Source: Chrysomallon squamiferum
Lineage: Eukaryota > Animalia > Mollusca
Length of the DNA: 64,000 nt
Assembly: GCA_012295275.1 (NCBI GenBank)
Contig: CM022678.1
Location: forward strand, 2,356,001-2,420,000
Reading direction: 5' to 3'
Part shown: positions 40,838 through 55,524 of the stretch, piece by piece
Layout: the number at the start of each line of letters is the position of its first letter
Numbering within the stretch: the first letter of the stretch is position 1
The notes under the pieces: generated by a model
Databases searched by the model: none
Seen by the model: the letters and a program-made list of their open reading frames with translations, nothing else
Told to the model about the DNA's origin: nothing
Program-made: the position numbers and the translations under genes

Positions 40838-41153
40838 ATAAATCAAGTTTTACATTTAATATGTAGAATGGTGTACATTTCCTTAAAAGTAGTAACAGTT
40901 TTATCAATTTGTTACGTAAATTTTCCATTCATGACAGAATTTTCAAATCCCTAAATGTCGCTACTGTATAATAGAAATGGTGAAACCACGTAGTGAAATA
41001 ATTTTAATTGACATTGTCATTAAGATACAAGCAGAACAGTAAAGGAGATAAATTTTCACTAGCAGGGGAAATAGTCTCTTAATGAGTTATGTACACTTAT
41101 ACAAGATTTAATATTTCGATACATATTGTAAATTACCTGCACACATTTACCAT

Positions 41154-41430
41154 TTATACCATTGCTAATAAATTTTCACCACTTTGAATGAAAAGATTGC
41201 TGAAATCTATAAACGTACAAAAAGAGTTTTGTTTCCGTGCTTTCATCAGTTCGATTATACCGTATAGTGTAAAAATGTGTTCATTTGTACAATAATCTTT
41301 CCTAATCCTGTCAGTTAGTATATCAGTTTTTTCAAGAAACAACTTTAGTCTATTATTTAACATGGTGTTAAAGAGTTGCCGAAGACAGTTAAGTAATGTA
41401 ATAAATCTATAATTTTCTGGATTATTTTTA
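41154..41430 (-). mobile_element. Non-LTR retrotransposon (LINE) reverse-transcriptase fragment
   Basis: PENYRFITLLNCLRQLFNTMLNNRL...CTNEHIFTL...FCTFIDFS matches the LINE RT N-terminal motifs (NYRPISLL...ST.DHIFTL...FIDF.KAFD). Confidence 0.85.
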
Positions 41431-42154
41431 ATCACCAATTTTATAACTGAAAAAGGGACATAATCATGTATCATACAAACAACAGTTTTGTTTAATATAT
41501 TCATTAATTATATTGTCTTGACCCAAAGTTCTGTTGTCGATAATTTTAACAAATATAAGTATTTTACATTTTAAAATAGATATATTTAGTAAACTATTAC
41601 TTTCTAAATCCGTGGTAAATGTTTGTTATAGAGGGCTGTCATTACTGATGTTTACGTCTGTAAATTGTAGATACAGTGGTTCTAAAGGAGATAGATTACA
41701 GTCCTAAGACATTCGCGTGGTGTACTTGCTAAGATCTGTAAGTTTCTGTTCTGTTTTGCAGATTTGTCTTCTTAAAAAAATTATATTACGCTCTTGTACT
41801 GTTTACCGGCGTTTAGAAGTCCTTGTTTGTTTTCCATTCTTTTCTTGTGTTTTCCTATTGTTAAACTTTTCTGGCTTCTGTGTATTTTCTTCTGAATGTC
41901 AGCGTGACTACCAAACCATGCTTCTTTTTTTTTCTTTTTTTTTTACACGCCTGGGGTAGATTTGCTTCAAGTATATCCAACTGAGCTTACCGCGGTGTTC
42001 ACGAATAAATTACTGATACTGTTCACCGTGGTATTAAGTTGTTTATGTTAGAAAAATCTCTTATACGTAGTTTTATAAATATTTTTATCGTTACCAACTC
42101 TTCCTTTTACAATAGGCATATTGTTATTTTGCAAAATACAGTCTATCTATCTAC

Positions 42155-42215
<61 letters not shown>

Positions 42216-42289
42216 ATCATCTATCTCTCTATCTATCTATCTATGTATTCGTGACTATTTGGTCTACCAATATCCTGATTTTTCTTTAA

Positions 42290-43380
42290 TCAGAAAGGAG
42301 ATAAAGTACTTTTAACAGCAGCAATATGGGGATCTACTGATACAGTGCATTTTCTCACTGAGCAGAGATGTAATGACACTGGTAAGAACTGGAAGAAAGG
42401 TGAAGTACTGAAATTAGCAGTGATGTTTAACAGTGCAGATGTTGTTCAGTGTCTTCTGATACTAACGTGAATGTTGCTGTTAACAAGACATTGATTCAAC
42501 TGTTTGAAGAGAAAATTAGATTAAAAGTGTTGTGTGATGACAGAAATAGTCTGAGATTGTTGTCTTCAGACTCTTCGCTTTACATTTCAGTTCTGCATGA
42601 TGACTTAGATATGTTAAAATCAGTGATAAAGAAAAATGCTGCTGTTAATGTTAAAAACTCCACTTCATGAAACTGTAAAAGCAGTGACACTCAGAAACGT
42701 AGTAGATTTGTGGAAAATGGTGCTGATACTGATATAACACATGAACAAAATAATTCAGCATTGCACCTAGCACATTAAATTGACATAGATGTGGTGAAAA
42801 AAGTAACAAAACAAGGTGTTGAAATAGATGTAATCAAACTCCTTTTTTTGTATCCTTATTCTATAACAGACCAGAAATGCCATTATGTTTTCTAAAACAA
42901 GGGGCTGATCCTAATTTAATAGACAATGATAACAATTCTGTTTTACACCAAACAGCAATAAATTGTCACCACACTGATTGAAAAAATTGTTGATGTAAAT
43001 ATTAAAAAAAAACAAAAAAAAAAACAGTCAAGGTGAAACTCGTAATTTAAATATGAACATAACAAAGTAATTTTTTATTTATTGGAACTCGGAGATGATC
43101 CTAATTTAATAGTCAATAACAATAATTCTGTTTTACACCAAGCAAACAGAAATTGTCAGTGCACTGATTAAAAAAGGTATTGATCTAAATATTAAAAATT
43201 CCAGTTGAGGTTACATAAAACATTACAAGGTAACTTTGTATTTACTGGAACATGGAGCTGATCCTACTATATCAGACAACAATAACAGTTGTGTTTTACA
43301 TCTAGCAGCTGTTTGTGGAAACTTAAAACTTGTGTGATCTTTGGTTTAAAAAACTGTTGATGTAAATATTATTAATTCCT
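42290..43380 (+). pseudogene. Decayed 3' part of a type-B gene (end of helical region + ankyrin repeats)
   Basis: DKVLLTAAIWGSTDTVHFLTEQRCN, LYISVLHDDLDMLKSVIKKNA, then ANK codons with many small deletions. Begins just after a (CTAT)n tract. Confidence 0.85.
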
Positions 43381-44033
43381 GTGCTTAAAGTTTGAACTGA
43401 TAAAGTTTGAATAATAGATTTACATGTTTTCTTAACACTATTTTGAGGAATGTATTGACTTTAAATTACACTGAATGATTGTATTGCATAAACATTTTGT
43501 TACTGAAATGTAGTTATTGTTGTTGTTGTTCTTTTTCTTCTTCTTATTTATTTATTTATTTCTGTACTTAGTTATATTATTAGGTAATAATGTTGAATAT
43601 GAATTTAGTAGATGTGAGGTAGCTTGTTTAATTACTTTCGAAACATTCCTATGAATGAGAGAAAGAAGTAAATTTAAAAAGTTTATTTCATTTCTGTTTT
43701 CATTCTAAACACGATATTATTATCTATTATAAATCGTTGGTGTAGTCCAACCCGCTGTCCCGCTCTACTGCTTTCTGTCTTCGTATTGAAACCAGTTTTC
43801 AGAAACGTGATATATTAGAACATTCAGTGACGTCACAGGGTAAGAAGAGTAACACACTGTAATGAAATAAACGGGTGACCTAGAACGAACTGCAGAAGTA
43901 CATACAAAAGATTAAAGATGAGATATCTGCCTGTTAGTCTTGTGACATTTATTCACATTAGAGGTAAAAAATTGTAACATGACATAAAACAATAAAATGA
44001 AATGAAATGAAATAAAATAAAATAAAATAAAAT

Positions 44034-44067
<34 letters not shown>

Positions 44068-46270
44068 TGTAGGTATGTACGTGTGTGTGTGTGTGTGTGT
44101 GTGTGTGTTAAGTTATATACAAAAGGACAGTTGATTTAAAGTGTAATAAAATTCTCTAAAAATGAAGAAGAACAACATCTTTGAATTATAATTTCTGTTT
44201 AAGTCAGCTTCAAGATTGTCGGGGATATAAATATTACAACTCAATCACTTATATTTGTAATTCTATGAAACGATATTGCTTCCCTTGATGAATCCACTGC
44301 TTGAAAACATTCTTACTTCTGAGATTGTCATAACGTAACCAGAGAAACACTGTATTGAAATAAACGGGTGACCTAGAACGAACTGCGCTTGGAAGTATCT
44401 ATATAAAATTGTGTGTGTGCGTGTGTGTGTGTGCGTGTGTGTGTGTGTGCGCGCGCGCGCCTTGGATTCCACGGATCTCGGATTTCGGAAAATCTGGACT
44501 AAATCAGAAAACAAAATCACAAAATTTCAACTTGCAGCCATTTCCAGTTTTTTAAACCTTACCACTGAATAGTACTGTGTTATTCCGAGTCCCACTGTAT
44601 GAAGGCAGTAACCCTGTCTCAACTCACTTTCATTCAAGTTAAAAGAACATTTTACAACTGTACCCATAACCATCCTAACCTAACAATCTTCAGCCAACCT
44701 AGCCTACATGTTTCTGCTGTACATTTTCCCATAGTGTTTGACATTTCTTCACATTGTTTTTTTACGTCTGTATATTGTTCTTACATTATTATGTTACTGT
44801 ATTAGATAGCTGCTATAAGTACTGAAACAGTATTTCGGTTAATGACAGGGTTAACGTTTGCATTCACGATGTTCAAGAATAGGTGCTTCTCCCAATGATT
44901 CAGTGAAATCGAGGTTAAACAGAATTACAAACACACACACAAACAAACGCACGCACACACACAGCCACACACACATACACACATACATCTAGCTATGTAT
45001 CTATCTATATAATAAATTATGTATTCAAATCACTTCTACATTACTGTTTCTCGGAATATTTATAATTCTACAAATCGATATTATATAAAATATTATTTTC
45101 TACATCACGGGACGACTGTGGATAATTTGTGGAAAATGTGGATAATTTTACTGGATAATATCTGTTCTTATTGACACAAGTTCATTTTAAAGTGGAAGAG
45201 ACACAGTTCTGTATACTGACAACCCAACAAATAACGTATTGTTCTATTCAATGTTAAAATTATATACATATCAAATATTTTATCTGAAACCAGAACATAA
45301 TTTAACTGTAGAATAAATAAATAAATAAAGAAAGAAAGAAAGAAAGAAGCAGAAACAACTTGAATTTGTCGGCCATTATTAGATAAGATGACAGGAGTAT
45401 TAAACTTGAGTTTGTTTGTTTGATTACTTACTTTCCAAATTAATTATAAGAGATCTGCACTTTAGTCACGTGACTTTTATTATTATTTTATGCAGAAGAA
45501 AAAATACAAATAAATAAAATAAAATAAAATAAAACTCAAATTAAATGAAATGAAGTAAATATTAATAAATAAATAACGCCTGCCCTAACTTCTCAACACG
45601 AAAACTGAGTAGTCTTGTTTGCAGGATGTACAAAATACATCTTCTAACGATAATAATAATTGCGTGTATGTGTGTGTTGTAAATCTATTAGCCGTGACAT
45701 AACATAGTGAATTTAAAATAATTAACATTCAATCACTACTTTTAATAACGATTTTATTTACTGTAAGAAAAAACGATATATTACACACACTTGTACACTG
45801 CACATATCTTTCTGAGCAAGTATTCAAACTAGTTTATATTTAGAACTGATTTGTAATCATACAGATATCGTCACACAGTAACAGACTACGTGCACACCTG
45901 TGTAGTGTTGTCTTACAAAAATTCACGGACCGAGCAGACAGCGTAGAATTAGTGACAATTCGTTAGTTGACAAGATTCCGATTTTATTTCGATTCCTACT
46001 ACAGGTAGGCAAACCCTAAACTGTACCGTTTTTAGAAGTGACTGTTGATTGTTTATTTAGAATTTAATACTTAAAATTTTCAATGGCGATTCTGCACACT
46101 ACCATCCGACACTCGGTTTTTGTTTCAGATTTCATTTAAAAACAATTATGAACTAATAAAATTCCAATATTTCTATCATTAACTTTTTGCATTGTTGTAG
46201 TACTTCGTATCTGTTAATGCGCGCACTGATATTACTGACTAAAAAGTATGCTATATTTAATGTATGGATG

Positions 46271-46307
46271 CCGGAAGTAGGCCTGAGGACAGACTAGTTT
46301 CGTTTCC
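46271..46307. promoter_or_regulatory. ETS site + ISRE/IRF-like element upstream of gene A2
   Basis: CCGGAAGT 46271-46278 and AGTTTCGTTTCC 46296-46307 (GGAAACGAAACT on the minus strand). Repeated at 59802-59833, with the core TTTCGTTTCC at 7287-7296. Confidence 0.35.
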
Positions 46308-47389
46308 AAACGCTGTGATCGAATTTTTCTGCCTTGCAAATCAGTGACTGTCTTTGCGCTGTATTAACTTGCCGTAGTTTTAGAAACGCATGAACAGGGC
46401 AGCAGTGAGGGTTCAGTTATCCCATGAAGCAGTCGATATAGGAATAAAATGCCTACGGAATAAACTGATTATTTAAATATTAAAAATTATTATTAAAATA
46501 TTGCTCCTGATGTAAATCAGTCTGTTCAAGAAGTTTCAAAAAGTGTAGACATTGATTAAAACTAAATTCAATAGAGAACGTTTAGTCAACTTTAATAACC
46601 CACGTTAATTTCATATGTATTGATTTGGTATACTAATAATTTAATATTGAACTATAGATATTCCTTTCAAAATAATAATAATAATAATAATAATAAATCA
46701 GTAAATAAATAAATAAATAACGAAATAAATAAAAATGGCTGATTGAACAAAGAAAAAATATACAAAGAATATACTTAATTTGGAAGCTTAATATGAAATT
46801 TCTAATTATAATTCACTTTTGTGAAGGTCAGATAATATTCACATTAGCCAATGTCTCGACTTCATTAAACGAAAATTTTATTATTTATTAAATTACACCC
46901 CTATCATGAATCATATCAAAACATAAATACTACGAGGCCAATAATTTTGTAAACTTCACAATGAAATGTTCATTATTAAACTTAATGTTTTCGCTGTCGT
47001 TTGGAGAAGCACTCGGAGAATTTTAAGAAGCACGAGTAAATCTGTGGGTGATACAAGTAGACTGTGTCTTCTGGACAAAACAGAGGAATAGCTGAGAAAC
47101 ACACAATCTCAGAGTCAGAACTTGCCCTAGTCAGCAAACCATCACCCAGTAAAAAGAAGAAAAAGAGCAAATTCTAAACGAGGTAAGACAAATTAATTAG
47201 AAATGAGATTTTTCATTGATAACATTCTGGCCTATATGCTTTCATGAGTATTTTTATGTAATATTTTATTATTTTAAAACATATTTTAAGATTTTATTTC
47301 TACAAACAAATTAAGAACAGGAGATACAAGGCTATAACTGCAGAAGAATAGTTCTTGTACAACATAATTATGTTTAATCAACAAATTAA

Positions 47390-48365
47390 CACTATATATT
47401 AGTAAAACCATTCACATATTATGTTTATATTTGTCTTGTTTTCATGACAAAACTGAGAATATAACTTAGTAAAACTAATCACAAGTTCCTTTATATTTCT
47501 ATTATTTATATAACATAATGTAATGCAGATGATAAAACCAAGAATATAATTTAGTCAATTATATTATATCTATATGTGTGTTGTTTATATAACGAAATTT
47601 AGTACAGTTGACAAAACTAATAATACAACTTAGTACAACTATTCACATGTTATGTTCATATTTGTTTTGTTTACATGACATAATTTAGCACAGATGACAA
47701 AACTAAGAATATAAGATAAGTCGAGCTATTGATGTCATATTTATATTTGTGTTGTTTATATGACATCATTTGATAAAGTTGACAACATAAAAAATAGAAC
47801 TTCTTAACATTGTTGACATGTTATGTTTAAATTTGTATGGTTTATATAACACAATGTTGTACAGATGAAAAAACACAAGAATATAACGTAGTAGAGGTAT
47901 TGATGTTATATCTATATTTGAGTTGTTTTTATATTATAATTCAGTACAGTTAACAAACGCATAACATAACTAAATAAAACTATTAATATATTACATTTAT
48001 AATTCTCTTATTTATATAACATAATTTCTTACAGCTGACAAAACTAAATGTTATTCACAAGTTATATTTATATTTATTTTGTTTACATGACATATTTAGT
48101 ACAGTTTACAAAACTAAGAATATAACTTAGGAAAACTATGCTCATATTATTTTTATAATGGTATTGTTTACACAATAATTTAGAAGTGTTGATTAAACTA
48201 AGAATATAACACAGTAAATCTATTCATTTGTTATGTTTATATTTGTACTGCTTATACAACATAATTCAGTAGAGCTGACAAAACTAAGAATATAACTTGA
48301 TAGAACTATTCTCATATTACATTTATAATTGACTTCTTTATATAGTATAATTTAGTACGATTGTT
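47390..48365. repeat. Diverged AT-rich tandem repeat, about 85-bp unit, about 11 copies (intronic)
   Basis: Recurrent gacaaaactaagaatataacttag...tatatttgt...ataacataatttagtacag. Shorter relatives at about 300-480, 4330-4510 and 55340-55400. Confidence 0.75.
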
Positions 48366-48712
48366 AAACTTTGTTTTTCACTTTACTTTGTGTACGCAGA
48401 CTGATGAACATGTGTGTTTTGAGTATGAAAAATGCAACAAAAGTAATGTTGATGACCCGCATATCCTGAAACCTAAAATAATCGCAACGCAGTAACTTTC
48501 ATTGTCTCTTGTTACATTGCACAGCTTTAAATTATTTCCCGTCATTTCTAAAAACTGTTCCCTTGATATTTACCATGTGACTTTGTAATATTTAGAAACA
48601 ACTGAGACAACTCTAGTAAATCTCTGTGTGTGCTTCTGGGCAGTTTATTAAATAAAGCCTTCCTTTTCTTCTATATCAAAAATCATTAATATATATTTCC
48701 AGCTCAGCCAAT

Positions 48713-50404
48713 ATGGATGACAATAATCAGAGATCAAATGTTTTCGGTAGCACCGAGGATGTTCATTCCTTATCCAATATCGTAGAAAATCTTTCCAGAA
48801 ACAATATCATACCTGATTCTTCCCAAGGCATAAATATACAAATAAATCATCATTATGGTAATAGCATATTATTTGCCTTTTCGTTTGGAAATTCTAAACA
48901 AAATTTGTATTTATATTTGTTCCAAAACATTTATTCATTATACTGTTTTTATGGATAATTCTAAACTGATGTAATAACTATTTATATCTGTAACTGTCGT
49001 TAAACATTCATTCATTCGCTATATCCGTAACAGTGCAATATATTAACAGACTGTTTATTGTTTTGAATAGCTTTTGTAAACTGACACTTTTCTGATTTAA
49101 ATTAATAATATATTTACAATTTAAAGGATTTTATGTGCTGTGTGACAGATGAAAACAGTATGACTATTTAAATTATTTGTGTATTGGCCATTAATTTTAT
49201 TTTTATGTTGTAAAATAATGCTGAGGTCAGGAGTCATAACATTTGTTTGTAATTAGTTAATATTATTAACAAATTTGTTAAAGAATATATTGCCTAATTC
49301 AGTAATACTGTTTAAACAGATTGTATTATTCTGCATGTTACTATATATATATATATATATATATAGAAGAAAAACCCTTTTTCTGTATTTCAAACACTGC
49401 TACTATATCCAAAAATTATATCTAATTCTCAGCAGGTTTGAGGTAATATAATTTTTGGAAATTATGCATTGAAGTTGTGAATTATAAAAATGTACTTACT
49501 CTGTTTCATTGCAGGACCACAGACAATCAACTCTGAATTTTGTCAAGCAGGAAATAGCAATGTTATTGGTAAGTTAAAAAGTTTTTCTCTTCTCTACATG
49601 TTTAATGAATAACAGAATACACATCATAATAGTCATGAATTTATTTTCTATAAGTGTCATAACATTCCCAAATGGATTATCATAAAGCTGTTATCACAAT
49701 AATAAAATAAATATCTCTGATTAGAAGTAAAATGGCAGCCCATATTAGATTTCATGAATTAGGTTCCTTGTTGACAACTGTTGATGACTAAACATTTCCA
49801 CTTCCCAACAGCGAAGTGAAACAGAACACTATAGCAAATACGAAGAGTTAAATATTATAAAATTCCACAAAGACTATTACAAACTGGGGACCATTTATTA
49901 GATAGATGTACACTGAGAGAGTAATGTCTGTAGACATTCCTCTTTTATAAAGCTGGTGGGGAGTTCTCATATTTTTTTCACAATTTCTTAATGGATGAAA
50001 ACTCTAATCATCAGGCAAGTTCATGTCATCAAACTCATTCAGTGTTTTCTGACTTTTAGAAGTCATTTTACTGCAGTGCTGACCTCCTAGCAAATACTTT
50101 TGTTAGACTGATCTAGATTTTCTTCTAGTAACAAATCCAGTCAAATCAATTTATCATAACAAGTTAACAAGTCAAATATTTTTGGCTACTTTTTGTTAGA
50201 AAATACAAACGTGTTAATATTTCATTACTTTATTTTTGATTAATGTATGCATTATTAGTTAACAAAGTAAAACTGATCTAGGTTTTCTTTTTAAACTGTT
50301 AATATATCTCAACATGAATTAAACAAGACTATATGCCAGTCATTATTATCATCTGTAAATACTGAAATACAGTGCAATGTACATGAAACAACAACAACAA
50401 CAGC

Positions 50405-50453
<49 letters not shown>

Positions 50454-52502
50454 TTTAGGCTTTCATTAATACAGTACACATTAATTGTACAGTCCACTTT
50501 AATCATTCTGTTTTACTCATCATCAATAATACAAACTTACATGTGTTATTTTTATATTTCAGTAAATAATGACGGACAAGCTTCCAATATTAGAGGTATT
50601 TTATTATTATTTGTTTAGTTTTCATTACATTTGACTTGTATTGATAACAAATTAACAATTTACAAACTTTTGTCTGCTTTTTCTTATAAAATACACACTT
50701 GTTATTATTTGAATATTTTAGTTTTACTATTATAATTATTGTGTTGACCATTATTTATTTTAATGTTGCTGAGGTCAAGAGTCATACCATCTGTTTGTAA
50801 TTAGTTAATATTATTAAACACATTTGTTAAAACATTGTTGATATTTATCAGGCAGGAGATAACAATGTAATTAGTAAGATTAAAAACTGAAAGTTTTCTC
50901 TTCTCTTCTGAACAACAGAATACACGTAACAATAGTCATGAATTTATTTTCTGTAAGTGCCATAACATTCGAAAATGGATTATCATAAGATTGTTATCAC
51001 ACAAATAAAATAAAAATCTTTGATTAGAAGTTGAATAGTAGCCCATATTAAATTTCATGAATTAGTTTCCTTATTCAAAACATTTCCACTTCCCAACAGC
51101 GAAGTCAAAGATAACACTACAGGAAATACTCATGAAATCTGCAAAAAGTATCAGAAATGGGGGACCTTTTGCTTGATAGCTGTTTGTATACATTCCTGTT
51201 TTATAAACCTGGTGAGGGGTTGTCATATTTTGGTTCACACTTTCTTAATGGATGAAAAAACTAATCACCAGGCAAGTTCATGTCACAAGCACATTCGGTG
51301 TTTTGTGACTTTTTGAAGTCATTTTACTACAGTGCAGACTTTCTAGCAACTAATTAGCTACATTTTACCGTAACTAAACTATTTATCTTTCAATAAATCG
51401 AAGAAATAAAAATTTCTTTTCATATATTTTTACACGTTTATTTTGGTATCAAATACAATGGATTATATAGACATGTCGTGATCTGCCATTCACCGCAATT
51501 GCACAGTTGCTCTCAAAAGAACCAAAATTTTAACGCTCCGCTGATAACACCTCTGGATTTGAACTGTGTTTTTTATTACACTGATTCTAAAATCATTATC
51601 ATTAACGTTTTAAATTTTGAAAATGTGCTTACTCAAAGTCAGATTTTAGCAGTAAATATATCCCTCGTTGTATGTATGTATGTGTATATATAGATATATG
51701 AAAACTGACTTTCAGCATGTACATTTTCAAAACATAGTCATCTGATTTGTATTTCCTTGACTGATAACGAGTCATATGCAGACATGCATACATGTATACT
51801 AAACAAACATATAATTTAAACATGTAGTTTGCTGAACAGTGTAACACACACTGGTTACAAAATACTAGTTATTGGTTGATTTTTTTATCTTCAATATTAC
51901 AATCCTTTTTACCAACATTATGAAATTACTACACACACTCAGAGTAGTTCGTAGACTGATCTACATCTTCTTCTTCTAAAAAAATGTCTTTCAAATGAGT
52001 TTATTACAGATTCTAAATTCAAAATGTTTGAACAGAAAGCTAGGTGTCTAATCAGTAATATCTCCGCATTTCAGATCCGAATACGGAAGGAGTGGAACAG
52101 AATATAGCTCTACGTTTACAAGTTGTAGAAACAGCGCTTACGGATGGAGTTCCAATAGACAATATTAACAAAGAAGGTGAAACACCTCTTATTACAGTTC
52201 TGAAAATGAAAAATACTAAATTAGCTTTGCTATATTTGCAACATGGAGCTAATCCTAATGCTAAAGACAAACATGGCAATTTTGTTCTACATCTAGCAGC
52301 TGAACTTGGAGATATAGAAATTGTGAAAACTTTGATTGAAAAAATGGTTGATGTAAATATTAAAGACAGTAGAGGAGAATGTCCTTTAATAATAGCTCTT
52401 AAATGTAAACATTTAGAAGTTGTTTCGTGTTTATTGCATCATGGAGCTGATGCTCATGCAAAAGACAAAGATGGCAATAGTGTTTTCCACTTATTAACTT
52501 AA
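48713..52502 (+). CDS. Type-A gene A2: RHIM-like motif + ankyrin repeats, no NTPase (spliced model 48713-48857, 49515-49568, 50563-50595, 52075-52502; 219 aa)
   Basis: All junctions are canonical AG/GT and phase 1, giving one open frame: ...QGINIQINHHYGPQTINSEFCQAGNSNVIVNNDGQASNIRDPNTEGVEQ...GETPLITVLK...NFVLHLAAELG...GECPLIIALK. Decayed ANK sequence continues after the stop to about 52790. Confidence 0.7.
49515..49568 (+). other. 54-nt exon encoding a RHIM-like motif (GPQTINSEFCQAGNSNVI)
   Basis: cattgcag|49515 and 49568|gtaagt, phase 1-1. A duplicated remnant VDIYQAGDNNVI|gtaag lies at 50837-50873. Confidence 0.6.
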
Positions 52503-53225
52503 CAAGGGAATATATAAACTGTGACAAAACTGGATTGTAAACGATTTTGATGTAAATATTAAAAACTCAACAGCGGAAACTGCTCTTTTTACAGTATAAA
52601 CAAAACAAAGTACTTTTACTGGAACATGCCGCTGATCCTAATTCAACAGAAAATGATAACAATTATGTTTTACACCGATCCGTAGGGCATGGAAATATAG
52701 AAATTGTGATAACACCAATTGAAAAAAAAACTGCTGCCGTAAATATTTTAAACAGTAAAAGTGAAACGCCCCTTCGAGAAGCATCAAGTTGAATTTCATT
52801 CACTTTACATGTCATTTAGTGACAATCAGCAAGAGAAATTTGTTTACATTACTGACAGCGACAAATTATAACACTAATCAATCAAGACATACCTCACACT
52901 GATGTTAATTAACCGTTACGCTAGTATTGTCAATGCTGAGTGTAATACGGCCTCCAGAATAATTAATAAAGTAAATGTAAATAAAATTAGGATTATGTTT
53001 AATTGATAATGTTTACATTTATATATTTAGTAATTATAAATAAGTGAATAATTAATAAACTGAATGTAAGTTTTAATTAGTTATATGTTTTGCTAATAAT
53101 GTTTACATTTATCTGTTTGGCATTGAAGTGAAGGTGCATTTAAACTGATTTAATCTATGTCAAAACATTTTATTACTGCCTTTATTTTATTTATAAATCT
53201 CTTAATTCAAACTATTTTGTGATGA

Positions 53226-53270
<45 letters not shown>

Positions 53271-53527
53271 GTTATTATTATTAATTGAATGATCGTATTT
53301 TATAAATAGCTTGCTAATTATTATTATTTTTTTTTTTTTTAAATGGTCATGTTGTTTCTTTCCTTGCAGAAATTATTTCATACATAATATTTTTTATTTA
53401 TTTGAAATTATTGTTAAGTATTTTTAATACTTGGCTATTATGTACAATTAATATTTTTCATACCTTTGTTTTATCATGATACACTAAATAAAAAAGAAAG
53501 AATTCATATTTTTAAAAATATATTTAG

Positions 53528-53616
<89 letters not shown>

Positions 53617-55524
53617 TTATTATTATTGAGTACTGAGTATTGGTCAATGAAAAAATCCTTATTAGTGTTTTAATTTTAGTTTATAATTATGCCAAAGAGA
53701 AAACAAACAAACAAAAACAAAAACCTAAAAAGAGAGAAGAATCAATTGTTTTTAATACATTGATGTAAATATTTTAAAAACATATATTTTCTTGCCTTTG
53801 TATACAATTATTTTACATGTAATCATTTTATAACAACAACAACAACAACAATAATAATAACAACAACAACAATAGTAATAATAGTAATAGATAAGAAAAA
53901 GAGTTGTTAAATGAGTAAGTACTAAATCTGAATGTTGTTGAATTGAATTAAATTAAAGTAAAATTACCGTACGATTAATTACTTTTAGATTTTTGTAGTA
54001 TGTTTTGTAATGATAATTATTATTATTACAATGTGTACTCTAATTGCATTGACAATTAACAAAATAAAAATGATATGTAAATAGCAATTACTTTCGTTTT
54101 CTTTATTACTTTAAGTATGTTTCCTGTATTGTTAAAGAAAAAATACACTACAGTGGAATAATGCATTGTACGAGTTCTCGTGATCTCCTCTGATATCCAC
54201 TTGTAGCATACTGCTACATACCAGCATGTGTGGTAACTCTGCTAGTGGACTTTTACATGCAAGTGAATGTTCTCATAAAAAACAGAGGCATAGTTTATCA
54301 TCTTAATTTCGACACACAGCATAATAAATAAATCATTAATGCATATTTTCATGTTTTTCTGTATCTCCGTATAACATGGACATCTTTCTGTCGTTTGGTA
54401 TATTGCATTATATCGTATCTAGGGTTAGGGTAGAGTATCATAAATATATTGTTTGGTATGCTTCAGTGTATGTTCTTTTGGGTTGGAGTAAAATAACATT
54501 AGTGTAATGTTTGGTATGTTTCAACCTGGCTGATGGTGGGACTAAAGTGGTAATGACAGTACACTGAATGGGCTGTTATAAAAATGGGTAATGCAGTATA
54601 TTTTGTATAGAAACAATAAAATATATTTTGTCTGTAGAAAAACAACATAATCGTTGGACTCTTTGAGAACTGAATATAATGCGTGTGTTTGTGAAAACTA
54701 TAATCTCTTTCAAATATAATAAACTCAAAATATTTAACTGAACATAAAAAAATGATACGTGCTTTAAATTTATTGTAAAGTTAACCTAGAAAAATCGGAA
54801 CCCCCTCAATGACTAATAAAACAAGTGTTACAAATACACTACAGTAAACTGAGAATTTCAGTTGTGAAACAACCCATTGGCAACAACGAAATGTGAAAGT
54901 TATATTAAGTGTCAGATTACTTTTTAGTATTGTCGCCTAATCACCAGTCCCGTCTAATAGTTTTTTTATGAACTCTGCAGACCCATACTTTGAAATTATA
55001 TATTTTAAAGTTTGGAGCTGCAGACTTCATAAAAAAGCAATTTCAGATAGAGAGAAAATGATACTTTTAGCCTCGAGATTACATCTATAGTTAAAGGGTT
55101 TGATGACAAATAAACATTAAGCTGCCTCCAGCATCTAACTGATCCCTTCAGTTAAATGTTGGATGTGTCAAAGGGACAACTGCTGCCAGTCCTTGTGCAA
55201 AGCTGATTTCAGTTCATGCTAATTTTATACAGCTGGCTGTTATGACTGTATACAACACCAGATGGTGACCCTAAAATGCTCCAGCAGCTTCAGATCTTGA
55301 CTCATGATTGGCAAAGGCAGAATTGTTAAAGCCTTATAATTTAGTAAAAACATTTTGGTAATTAATATAAAATTTTACAACAGATGACAAAACGAAAAAT
55401 ATAACAAATATAAAATAATAATATAGTTAGATGTTTTCTGCTCCATGAATAAACTGCAGAGTAATTGTACAAACCACTTTAATCATTTTCTTTTACTCAT
55501 CATCAATCACAAACACTTCTATTT

